From: Candidatus Hadarchaeota archaeon
Lineage (GTDB): Archaea; CAYQAE01; CAYVLA01
DNA: 64,000 nt
Direction of reading: 5' to 3'
NCBI GenBank assembly: GCA_964621445.1
Contig: CAZUNO010000002.1
Coordinates: 128,001-192,000, forward strand
Both the position numbers and the translations under genes were made by a program. Below, in pieces: positions 55,336 through 64,000 of this stretch. Every line of letters starts with the position of its first letter. The stretch's first letter is position 1. Under the pieces are notes generated by a model. That model was not told the origin of the DNA. It searched no databases and was given only the letters and a program-made list of their open reading frames with translations.

Positions 55336-56340
55336 TCAGAGATTAGGCGAGCCCATTAAGGCACGGACCACGGATCTCACTGCCTGCTCGGAATTCTTTC
55401 TCGGTTTCCAGCCCAGGTCGCATATCTCCCGGATGCTCAAAACGGTAACTGGGATATCCCCCTTCCATCCGCCCTTTCCCCCCGTGTGCTGGTGCTTTAT
55501 ATCCACCAGACCCATCTCCTCCTCGACTACACGGGCCAGACGCTCCACCGATATAGTATCGCCGGTTCCCAGATTGAGGATGCTGTCCTTCGTTTTTGAA
55601 ACGGAGTATAGGATGGCCTCAACGCAATCTTTTACGTGGAGGTAACTCTTCCGCTGCCTCCCGTCCCCAAGTATCTTGAGATTCTCTGGGTCCCTCTTCA
55701 GGCGGGAAACGAAGTCAGGGATCACGCCGTGGGAGGACCTTTTCCCGACCACGTTCGCAAAACGGAATATCAAATAATTGAGATCAAATCCCTCTGAGTA
55801 AGCGGTTATTAGACCTTCGCAACCCAGCTTGGTTGCCCCGTAAATGGATATGGGCTTTAATGGACCGTAGTCCTCGGGTGTGGGTATCTCATCTGCTTCG
55901 CCGTAAACAACCGAACTAGAGGCGAACACGAGATTTTCCACACCCTGATCGACCATTTCCTCCAACAGGTTACGAGTGGCAACCAGGTTATTCCTAAACG
56001 GCGATAGCCTCCTCTGCCCGTCGGTGAACCCACCTCGAATTACGGGGTCCGCCGCCATGTGAAAAACATGAGTCCGGCCCTCGAGCACACCGGTAAGCGA
56101 ATTCCTATTGCAGAGATCTGCTTCCACGAAATTAAATTCATTATTACCCGAATGGTTCTCAATAAAGGCCAAATTGCCGCTCTTCAGGTTATCCAATACA
56201 ACGACATTCCATCCCTTCAGGAGGAGTTCATCCACCAGGTAACTACCGATGAATCCTGCACCTCCGGTGACCAGAGCATTTCCAACCGACAAACTTGGAC
56301 CATGTCCTGGCCGGAGCCATTCCTCATAAATTGATTCCAA
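55336..56340 (-). CDS. NAD-dependent epimerase/dehydratase (UDP-glucose 4-epimerase-like)
   Basis: VTGGAGFIGS, ASSSVVYG, YGATK. Confidence 0.9.
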   Translation of the reverse strand: MESIYEEWLRPGHGPSLSVGNALVTGGAGFIGSYLVDELLLKGWNVVVLDNLKSGNLAFIENHSGNNEFNFVEADLCNRNSLTGVLEGRTHVFHMAADPVIRGGFTDGQRRLSPFRNNLVATRNLLEEMVDQGVENLVFASSSVVYGEADEIPTPEDYGPLKPISIYGATKLGCEGLITAYSEGFDLNYLIFRFANVVGKRSSHGVIPDFVSRLKRDPENLKILGDGRQRKSYLHVKDCVEAILYSVSKTKDSILNLGTGDTISVERLARVVEEEMGLVDIKHQHTGGKGGWKGDIPVTVLSIREICDLGWKPRKNSEQAVRSVVRALMGSPNL

Positions 56341-56348
56341 TCCCGGTT

Positions 56349-57152
56349 CTATTTAGGCCTAAGGGCCCCGTTATCAACCACATAATTCTCCTTGAGTTCC
56401 TCGACTCTTGACTCCAACTTCTTCTCCTGCTCCGGTGTCAGCGGGCGTAGCTCTTCCCCCACCTCTGCGTCTTCCTCCACCTCTTCCAGGTTTGATATGC
56501 CCACAATGGCACTTGGAACCCCTCTACTCCAGATGTAATTGAGAGACTGAGAAACATCTGTCAACACCCCCTTGCCCAGGGGCTTCATGGCCACTATGCC
56601 CACATCCTTTTCGAGAGCTCTGGGAATCAGCTTATCCTCCGCCCTGTTAAATACATAATTAAAGGGGACAACCAGGTTTGAGAAAAGATCTCGTTCGATT
56701 GCCCGGGCTAGGAAATCGGGGTAGTGATCGGTAATCCCAATGTGGTCAACGGTCCCTTCCTCCTTAGCATCACGCAGGACCTGGAATCCCCCCTTCTTTC
56801 CCAGGCCCTGTTCGAAGCTATTTTCCCTTATCCTGAATTGGGCAATATCCAGGTGATCGGTCCCCAGCATCTCGAAGGCCTGGTTAAGCTGTTTCTCGGT
56901 CTGAAGCCTTTTGGACCCGAATAGCTTTACATTTAGAATGCATTCCTCACGGCGGCCCTCTATTGCCTTCCCTACCTTCAGCGCGCTGTCTCCATAGGTG
57001 GGTGATGTGTGTATATGGTTTATTCCCAGATCCAGGGCTCGTTCAACGATCCTTACTGCCCTCTTTTTCTCCACGTCCTTGATGGGTATGCCTCCAAAGC
57101 CCACTACCGACACCTTGAGTCCGGTTCTGCCTAACTCCCTGTACTCCATCAT
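56349..57152 (-). CDS. aldo/keto reductase
   Basis: YRELGRTGLKVS..GFGG, AMKPLG. Confidence 0.88.
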   Translation of the reverse strand: MMEYRELGRTGLKVSVVGFGGIPIKDVEKKRAVRIVERALDLGINHIHTSPTYGDSALKVGKAIEGRREECILNVKLFGSKRLQTEKQLNQAFEMLGTDHLDIAQFRIRENSFEQGLGKKGGFQVLRDAKEEGTVDHIGITDHYPDFLARAIERDLFSNLVVPFNYVFNRAEDKLIPRALEKDVGIVAMKPLGKGVLTDVSQSLNYIWSRGVPSAIVGISNLEEVEEDAEVGEELRPLTPEQEKKLESRVEELKENYVVDNGALRPK

Positions 57153-57237
57153 CTTTCGCCTACCCGGGCTGGTATAGTCCTCTCTATTAGATATTCGCCA
57201 AAAGAGCCAATGGCGCCTCTGGAGGGAAAGGCCTTCC

Positions 57238-58479
57238 TCAATTTAGGAATCGGGTCTGCCCGGCCCTCTTGTAAAGACGCCTCCTGATCATCAGAGTGTA
57301 GAGCAAGTAGCCGCAGATCATTAGCGTACCGGTCACCGAGCTCCATTCGATTGCATAGATCCACAGCAGAGCTCGGTCCTTGACCTCCATTGCCCGGTCG
57401 ACCATTTCCTGGAGATCTCGGTTTAGGTTCTCGACCCCCTCGAGAGCACCTTGCAGTTCTAGATCTATGTAAAGATCGTCGACTTTCTCCCGTTCCGAAT
57501 CTATTTCGCCCAGATCTCGAAGAAGAGGATTGGTATTGGCATTGAATTTGTCGGCGAAATCTATTATCGATAGGACGAGAAGTCTTCTTGAATCGTAGGT
57601 GGAGAACTCCTCTCGCACGGTCTTGTCCATGGTGGGGTCCGGTATTCCCGTCTGGGCCGAATAGTAAATGAAGGATGAAAAGACGTGCGGAGCCCATTCC
57701 CAAGCACCTCCCCTAGTCGAGAATGCATATGCTGCCCGGCCTCCCCAGTCGTGGACCACGGCCAGCCCCCTTCCCGACCCCACATCAATATATGCAAGCG
57801 CCGGGCGGCCCGGGGGATGGGAATCGGTCTCCGCTACCACCACGGCGCCTTGTTTGTCGAATACCCGGTTATGGGCGACCCAGATTGCCCTCTCCCAGGG
57901 CACTCCAGATACCAGCGGATGTCCAGGCTTCACGATATTGACCTTGAAAAGAAAACGGGACCAGCCCTTGCCATCATCTGCGCATTCAACGGGTAGGATT
58001 TCTCCTATAACCGTCTTACACCAGTTATTATTGACTCCTCGCCAATCAGTTCCCCCGAAGGACGCCGGGTCGTCAGCCATTACAAATCCCATGCCCCCTC
58101 CAACTACCCCATCACGGGTCCAGAAAAGGAATTTTCCCAGGTGATACTGAAAAGCGCCCGTTATGCAAACAACGTCCATATCCCTTACCAGGTCCTCCTC
58201 CCTCCTGGGCAAATAGAGGCGATAGTACCTCATGGTCTCACGGGTACCTATGATCGCCACCTCACTGGGGACCGGATACATCTCGATCCTCGGGTCATCG
58301 AAGAAGAAGGTGGCAGCAAATCCCCCGCGGTTAAAGGCGTCTCCAATATGGAGCAGTCGGATCCTCCCGTCTTCGGGATCCGTTTTTCCCTCTCCCGTCA
58401 AAAGTAGCCCGTTGAGGAGGAGATAGAATAAGATGGCCCTTAGGTAACTAGACCGGGAAAACTCCCCCTTAAATTTCAT
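57238..58479 (-). CDS. uncharacterised surface-protein family, paralog 5
   Basis: RYYRLYLPR, FVMADDPASFGG, FADKFNAN, ALLWIYAIEW..TG...MIRRRLY. Confidence 0.85.
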   Translation of the reverse strand: MKFKGEFSRSSYLRAILFYLLLNGLLLTGEGKTDPEDGRIRLLHIGDAFNRGGFAATFFFDDPRIEMYPVPSEVAIIGTRETMRYYRLYLPRREEDLVRDMDVVCITGAFQYHLGKFLFWTRDGVVGGGMGFVMADDPASFGGTDWRGVNNNWCKTVIGEILPVECADDGKGWSRFLFKVNIVKPGHPLVSGVPWERAIWVAHNRVFDKQGAVVVAETDSHPPGRPALAYIDVGSGRGLAVVHDWGGRAAYAFSTRGGAWEWAPHVFSSFIYYSAQTGIPDPTMDKTVREEFSTYDSRRLLVLSIIDFADKFNANTNPLLRDLGEIDSEREKVDDLYIDLELQGALEGVENLNRDLQEMVDRAMEVKDRALLWIYAIEWSSVTGTLMICGYLLYTLMIRRRLYKRAGQTRFLN

Positions 58480-58532
58480 ACAACCTGCATTTTCTCATCA
58501 TATATTTGAATCTCACCCCCGTCATTCTTCTC

Positions 58533-59168
58533 ATGCCCGACCTTCAGGTAGCACTGGACATCGTCGATCTCGACATTGCACTGGATATTGCCAGCAAAAG
58601 CCTCCAGGGCGGAGCTACAATTCTCGAAGTGGGCACTCCTCTGATAAAGGCACACGGAATGGAGGCCGTTAGCAAGATATGCAGACTTGCCGGGGAGGAG
58701 ATAAGGGTGGTCGCTGACATGAAGACCTCGGATGCCGGATATCTGGAGACGGAACTCGCGGCCAAGGCCGGGGCCGATGTTACAACCGTTCTGGCCTGTT
58801 CATCTCCATCAACAGTGGAGGAGACGGTCAGGGCTGGGAATGATCTTGGCATAGCGGTGTTGGCGGACCTTATGGAAGTCGGTTCAGTTTCTGATGCCGC
58901 CCGGGAGATGGAGGATTTTGGAGTCGGCTTCATCTGCGTCCATTCAGGAATTGACACCGGCCAGGGATTGGAGCAATCATTTGATAAGCTGGGCTCGGTT
59001 GCCGAGGCCGTCAATATAGAAGTGGCAGCTGCAGGCGGCCTGGACCATAGAACCGCATCCCAGGCCATTGAAAGGGGAGCTTCAATAGTGATCGTGGGCA
59101 GAGCCATTACTCGATCTTCAAACCCCGAGCTGAGCACCAAACGCATTCGAGAGGCTATAGGCGGCTGA
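58533..59168 (+). CDS. hxlA: 3-hexulose-6-phosphate synthase (HPS/KGPDC family)
   Basis: LQVALD, EVGTPLIK, ADMKTSDAG, AAGGL, IVGRAIT. Confidence 0.8.
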   Translation: MPDLQVALDIVDLDIALDIASKSLQGGATILEVGTPLIKAHGMEAVSKICRLAGEEIRVVADMKTSDAGYLETELAAKAGADVTTVLACSSPSTVEETVRAGNDLGIAVLADLMEVGSVSDAAREMEDFGVGFICVHSGIDTGQGLEQSFDKLGSVAEAVNIEVAAAGGLDHRTASQAIERGASIVIVGRAITRSSNPELSTKRIREAIGG

Positions 59169-59500
59169 TGCTCTGGGGTTCCTTTCCCGCGCTCCTTGCC
59201 TCACGAGCGATTTCCCGGCTCACCGAGAGTAATAGCCTTATGTAGCAGAGCCAGCAGCAATCTGAAGACCGTTGATACCAGCAGCCTTTACTTCGATGGG
59301 GGAAGTGAATCATGACTGTTGACCCACGTTGTTGCTTAAATCATGGGCGCGACAATTGGATCGATACCAATGAAATCCATTCCATAACAGCTGCCTAACC
59401 TGGAGAAAATTGCATGAAGACCCTAATACCGCTGCTGGAACCCGAAGGAATGGAAGAGGACGAGGTCTTAATAAGCTAGGCATATAATGTGGAATACAGC

Positions 59501-60376
59501 ATGTCAGAAATCACGAAGGCGGTAATACCGGCCGCTGGCCTGGGCACCAGGCTACTTCCTGCCACTAAGTCCCAGCCCAAGGAAATGCTTCCCGTGGGAA
59601 GGAAACCCTGCATACAGTACGTCCTAGAGGAGCTTCAGGAATCGGGGATCGAGGACGCATTGGTGATAACCGGTTCCACCAAGAGGGCTATAGAGGACCA
59701 CTTCGATGAGAATCTATTGCTGAGAACGGAATTGATCGCCGGAAACAAGACCGCACTTCTGAAGCACCTATCGGATATAGACTCCATAAACCTCAGAATC
59801 TGCTACATAAGACAGCCTCTGCCCACCGGCATGGCCGATGCCGTTTCCCTCTCGAAAGGCTTCGTGGATGGAGAGTCATTTGTGCTGGCCCTCGGGGACA
59901 CCATAATCGACTCGTCGAAGGAGCCGAGAATGTTGAAAAGACTAATTGATAAGCACCTGGATGTCGAACCCAGGGCTACCATTGCGGCCAAGAGAGTTTC
60001 CGGTAGCGATGTAGAGAGATATGGCGTTCTCGACGTTGAGAAGCTCACCGATTCCCTTTACGCCATAAAGGACATCGTTGAGAAACCCAAACAATCCGAA
60101 GCCCCCAGCAATCTAACCATATCCGCCCGCTATATCCTGGAGCCCGAGGTCTTCGATGCCATAGAGGATACCCAGAATACGGAAGGCGAGAAGCTTTTCA
60201 CCGATTCACTCATGGCATTATCAGAGCGAGGTTCCGTGGTCGCCCTGGAGAACCGTCCCACCGATGTGGTGTATGATATAGGGTCTCCCTCGCTTTATGC
60301 CAAGGCCTTCATATCCTTTGCCCTCAAGGATCCGGATATGTCATCTGCGGTTCAGGAGTTCCTTTCCCAGGCTTGA
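59501..60376 (+). CDS. galU: UTP--glucose-1-phosphate uridylyltransferase
   Basis: KAVIPAAGLGTRLLPATKSQPKEMLP, KRAIEDHFD, VEKP. Confidence 0.88.
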   Translation: MSEITKAVIPAAGLGTRLLPATKSQPKEMLPVGRKPCIQYVLEELQESGIEDALVITGSTKRAIEDHFDENLLLRTELIAGNKTALLKHLSDIDSINLRICYIRQPLPTGMADAVSLSKGFVDGESFVLALGDTIIDSSKEPRMLKRLIDKHLDVEPRATIAAKRVSGSDVERYGVLDVEKLTDSLYAIKDIVEKPKQSEAPSNLTISARYILEPEVFDAIEDTQNTEGEKLFTDSLMALSERGSVVALENRPTDVVYDIGSPSLYAKAFISFALKDPDMSSAVQEFLSQA

Positions 60377-60382
60377 TAGGCT

Positions 60383-60871
60383 CTATCTCAGGTTTCTCAG
60401 ACGGTCCCTGAAAACGTAGTGGACTATGGCCAGGGTCAAAACCGCCGTCATCAGCGCTATAACGACATCGAGCGAGAAACCCCGGGAGGCTATGCTAAGA
60501 GCGGTCCCCGAGGCCGGTGGATGTTCTAGGTCGGTTATCACCATGAGGAACATGGAAAGGCCTACGGCTATGGAGTATATTGCTACTGATATGTCCCCTG
60601 GAAGGAATGTGGCCACAAATCCAGATAATATTCCTATGACGTGACCCCCAACCACGTTTCCGGTGTTTGCGGTGTCGTCCTTGGGCAGGGCGAATACTAT
60701 GAAGGCGGTAGCTCCAACCGAGGCAATTATGATGGGTCTTTCCTGAATATTTAGAAGTATCAAGGCTGCAGTGACGGTGAGAACGGCGAAAAGACTCTGG
60801 AAAACGTAATTCTTCCAGTGTTTCCCGAACTTCATCCCCAGATCGACCACATGTCTCCACATGGAGACCAA
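60383..60871 (-). CDS. HPP family membrane protein
   Basis: ASVGATA, VGGH, EHPPASG. Confidence 0.9.
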   Translation of the reverse strand: MVSMWRHVVDLGMKFGKHWKNYVFQSLFAVLTVTAALILLNIQERPIIIASVGATAFIVFALPKDDTANTGNVVGGHVIGILSGFVATFLPGDISVAIYSIAVGLSMFLMVITDLEHPPASGTALSIASRGFSLDVVIALMTAVLTLAIVHYVFRDRLRNLR

Positions 60872-61015
60872 CTGGTTTTCTTTTCAATAAAAGTTTGGCC
60901 ACCATGGATTCGCCGCATATGGATATTTACACCCAAGATTCATGGAACGGAGCGTTCAGAGCAACACAGATGAAGCGTTCCACCATAAATTCAATGAATA
61001 AAAGGAGGGAAAGTC

Positions 61016-61696
61016 TTGACCGAGGAGTCAGTGGTACAACTGATAGGGGTTACCAAGACCTACCATCTGGGGGATGTCCCCCTGAAGGCAGTCGATGGAA
61101 TTGATATGGAGATAGCCAAGGGGGAAACACTGGCCGTGGTCGGGCCTTCCGGTTCGGGTAAGAGCACTCTGCTAAATCTCATCGGTTGCATGGATAAGCC
61201 TTCTCAGGGGAAGGTCCTAATCGAGGGGTTGGATACCTCCACCATGGGTCCGGATGAGCTAGCCGATTTGAGGGCAACCAAGGTGGGAATGGTGTTCCAG
61301 TTCTTCAACCTAATCCCAGTACTCACCGCCCTCGAGAACATCCAGATGCCCATGGTGTATGCGGGCATCGGCACCGGTGGGGAAAGAAGGGAGAGGGCCA
61401 TGGAGGCCCTGCAGGCCATGGGTCTCGAGGACAAGGCCGACAGGCTACCTTCCCAGCTCTCCGGAGGAGAACGCCAACGGGTCGCCATCGCCAGAGCGGT
61501 CATCAACAGGCCGGCCATCCTGCTGGCCGATGAGCCAACCGGTAACCTTGATTCCCAGACCGGCAGGATGGTACTTGAATCCCTGCAAGGCCTCTCCAAT
61601 CTAGGCCAGACCACCCTAATCGCCACCCACGACCAGAAGGTTTTGGAATTCGCCGGAAGATCCCTGACCATGAGGGACGGGAAGGTGATATCATGA
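61016..61696 (+). CDS. ABC ATP-binding protein (LolD/MacB type)
   Basis: GPSGSGKS, LSGGERQRVAIARA, LADEPTGNLD. Confidence 0.95.
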   Translation: MTEESVVQLIGVTKTYHLGDVPLKAVDGIDMEIAKGETLAVVGPSGSGKSTLLNLIGCMDKPSQGKVLIEGLDTSTMGPDELADLRATKVGMVFQFFNLIPVLTALENIQMPMVYAGIGTGGERRERAMEALQAMGLEDKADRLPSQLSGGERQRVAIARAVINRPAILLADEPTGNLDSQTGRMVLESLQGLSNLGQTTLIATHDQKVLEFAGRSLTMRDGKVIS

Positions 61697-62940
61697 GGGA
61701 GATAGCCACCCTTGCCTGGAGGCATACCAGCAGAAGGACGGGAAGAACGCTTCTCACGGTTCTCGGAATCGCCATAGGTTTTGGTGCCATAATAGCAATA
61801 CTATCTCTGACCTTCGGGGTGAAGAGATCGATAGAGGAAAGCTTCCAGCCCGTCGCCACGGAGGCGATAATCATCCCCGTGCCCGAGGAGATGTATGAAT
61901 CCGCCTCCCAACAGCCAACCAGGCCCTCGGGCGGAAGACAGAACCCGTTGAGAAGAACCAGAATAGAGGCCGGAGAGATGGATCAACAGACGTTCAGCGA
62001 ACTCATCGAAATTCCGAACGTTGAAAGCTATGTGGCCCGCTCCAGCCCTATAACCGTCAAGACCCAGTTTAGAGGTCGCCAAATCAGCCTCCGAACAATG
62101 GCCATTGATCCGGAAGCCGAGCAGAGACTGGGCCAAATCGTACTGGAAGCCGGTTCCTGGCCGAACTACAAGGAGGCACTGGCAGGAAACATCCTGGTCA
62201 GGATAGCGGCGGCATCTCCTGGTGACACCATTAACCTCACAGATTCCGGTGGAAACGAGCATGAACTGACCATTAGCGGTACTATAGGGACTAGCGGAGA
62301 GGCCAGATTCGGAGCCCCTCCCAACATGCCGCTGTTAATCAGTCACGAAACGGCCGAGCTTTTCACCGATGAGAACTCCTACTCCACTCTGATCCTTTCA
62401 ATGCCGGATATCCAGACGGCTCAAGAGGTCGCCGACATCGTGGAGGTCGGATATCCAAACCTCACCGTGCTCACCTTTGACGACTTCACGGAGACAATCG
62501 AGAATACCCTAAACCAGTACAGCCTTTTTCTACTAAGCATCGGGATACTCGCCGTCGCCGTGGCTGCTTTGGGTTCGGCGAATACCATGGTGGTGTCAAC
62601 AATGGAAAGAACCCGAGAGATAGGGATAATGAAGGCAACCGGGGCTAAGAGAAAATTCATACTCCGGGGATTTCTCCTCGAATCCGCCATGCTGGGCCTG
62701 GTCGGAGGCATTATTGGCGTGGTCTTCGGGTATCTCGGGTCCAATATACTGGAGTTCATGGTTTTCAGGCTAAACATCGCCCGCCTAGCGGGCCAGGCTA
62801 CCGGGTTTTCGCCCTATATTCCGCTTTGGTTGATCCCCTTCTCCATAATTCTTTCCGTGGCGGTCACCGTGATTTCGGGATCATATCCAGCCTACAGGGC
62901 CTCCAGACTTGACCCCGTGGAGGCAATCCGCTATGAATGA
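61693..62940 (+). CDS. MacB/FtsX-type ABC permease
   Basis: RTLLTVLGIAIG, ERTREIGIMKATGA, YPAYRASRLDPVEAIR. Confidence 0.93.
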   Translation: MREIATLAWRHTSRRTGRTLLTVLGIAIGFGAIIAILSLTFGVKRSIEESFQPVATEAIIIPVPEEMYESASQQPTRPSGGRQNPLRRTRIEAGEMDQQTFSELIEIPNVESYVARSSPITVKTQFRGRQISLRTMAIDPEAEQRLGQIVLEAGSWPNYKEALAGNILVRIAAASPGDTINLTDSGGNEHELTISGTIGTSGEARFGAPPNMPLLISHETAELFTDENSYSTLILSMPDIQTAQEVADIVEVGYPNLTVLTFDDFTETIENTLNQYSLFLLSIGILAVAVAALGSANTMVVSTMERTREIGIMKATGAKRKFILRGFLLESAMLGLVGGIIGVVFGYLGSNILEFMVFRLNIARLAGQATGFSPYIPLWLIPFSIILSVAVTVISGSYPAYRASRLDPVEAIRYE

Positions 62941-63647
62941 TTACTGAACCTGGCCCCGAGCATGTATTTCAAGTGACGCCAGCCGTCCCTAAGGGCATTG
63001 AGCTTGGTGGGCGATCCCTCCCTGGCGTGGTAGCTAATTGGAATCTCGACTATCCTCAGATCCAATCTCTTGGCCTCCACCAGCATCTCGGAAGCGAACT
63101 CCATTCCCGTCGTCCTCAGCTCCATGCTGGAAAATGCTTCCTGGGTAAGGGCCCGCATACCGCAATGAGCGTCCGAGATCCCCACGCCAAAAAGAAAATT
63201 GAGAACCCAGGTCAGGAAAGGATTTCCCACCTTTTTCTTGAGCAGGCTCATAGCCCCGGGGTCCATATTTCCCGAGAACCGGTTACCCATTACGAAGTCG
63301 GCATCTCCCTTTTCCAGAGGTGAAACCAGGCTCGGAAGTTCTGCTAGGTCATAGGTACCATCGGGGTCCGCCATGGCAATTATGGAGCCACCGCAGTGAT
63401 TGAAACCCTCCCTGTAGGCGCAACCGTACCCAAGGGACACCGGCTTGACAATCTTGGCGCCCATTTCCCGGGCGATTTCAGGCGTATTATCGTCCGAGCT
63501 ATCGGGAACTATTATCTCGGTTCTTCTACCTTCAAACGCCTGCCTCACCTTGGATATTGCCTCTCCTATGGTGGGTTCCTCGTTCTTGCAGGGAAGGACT
63601 ATAGATATCTCTGGATCACCGTTGGCGGACATTGGCACTTGGACCAT
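62931..63647 (-). CDS. GT2 glycosyltransferase (DPM synthase-like)
   Basis: SIVLPCKNEE, DSSDDNT, GYG, ADPDGTY, DAHCGMRA. Confidence 0.9.
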   Translation of the reverse strand: MVQVPMSANGDPEISIVLPCKNEEPTIGEAISKVRQAFEGRRTEIIVPDSSDDNTPEIAREMGAKIVKPVSLGYGCAYREGFNHCGGSIIAMADPDGTYDLAELPSLVSPLEKGDADFVMGNRFSGNMDPGAMSLLKKKVGNPFLTWVLNFLFGVGISDAHCGMRALTQEAFSSMELRTTGMEFASEMLVEAKRLDLRIVEIPISYHAREGSPTKLNALRDGWRHLKYMLGARFSNHS

Positions 63648-63675
63648 CAGCTGACCATGGTATTAATGTGGTGCC

Positions 63676-64000
63676 TTATCTTCCAGTGGTGAGCCTGTCC
63701 CCCAGCATCTTGGGAAGACCGCGATCTATAATGGCCTCCCTCGCCGCTTCAACATCATACTCAACCCGAAACTGGCCTATCTTCTCGTTATCGGTATCGA
63801 TCATGGCATAGGCAGCACGAGGATCGCCGTCCCGTGGTTGACCGACGGCTCCTGGATTGTAGATCAGCCTTCGCCTTGCATAGGAGATCCAATCGCCATT
63901 GGAGGGTTTTATCCTCTCCACGCCGCTCTCCCGATCCAGAAAGGTCAGAGGCACATGCGTGTGGCCCACCAGTATAACCTTGTCGGGTGATAGCTCGAAA
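63676..64000 (-). CDS. metallophosphoesterase (YfcE-like), 5' part outside the window
   Basis: VGHTHVP, NPGAVGQPRDGDPRAAY, RVEYD. Confidence 0.88.
   Translation of the reverse strand, partial: FELSPDKVILVGHTHVPLTFLDRESGVERIKPSNGDWISYARRRLIYNPGAVGQPRDGDPRAAYAMIDTDNEKIGQFRVEYDVEAAREAIIDRGLPKMLGDRLTTGR

Noticed and set aside
59414-59445. ATGAAGACCCTAATACC-GCTGCTGGAACCCGA reads like a frameshifted nucleotidyltransferase start (MKTLIP-AAG-TR) upstream of galU
   Set aside because: Only about 10 codons and needs indels; cannot be distinguished from chance.
1-64000. CRISPR array, rRNA, RNase P/SRP RNA, prophage or integrase, known defence genes
   Set aside because: No regularly spaced repeats or diagnostic motifs seen by eye. 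A covariance-model scan was not possible.

Overview
Gene-dense archaeal chromosomal segment. A two-intron tRNA with a T-loop intron, DUF835/KaiC-type signalling genes and a PEF-CTERM protein point to a TACK-type archaeon such as Bathyarchaeia; this assignment is inference only. The window holds about 60 genes. These cover hexosamine and sugar-nucleotide metabolism (glmS, GlmU-like, galU, epimerase, GT2, flippase, two DegT aminotransferases), an unknown catabolic operon built around a LarA-family epimerase, two ABC systems, a signal-transduction island interrupted by a decayed ISH6-like transposase, and a sat-cysC sulfate-activation operon with no reductase or classical sulfotransferase. Highlights: (1) five divergent paralogs of an uncharacterised surface-protein family (signal peptide, DUF1355/GATase-like domain, helical stalk, near-invariant 'ALxWxYxxEWxxxxG...MxxxxxY' membrane anchor); (2) a membrane-anchored animal-type thioester protein with GCGEQ and a complement-C3-like HQEMLGG motif; (3) a tRNA-Gln(CUG) with two 18-nt BHB introns, invisible to the ORF track; (4) a ribbon-helix-helix protein carrying the 'ERLRALGY' tail usually found on AlkP/sulfatase enzymes, upstream of an AlkP enzyme that lacks it. 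All family assignments are by visual motif recognition; no searches were run.
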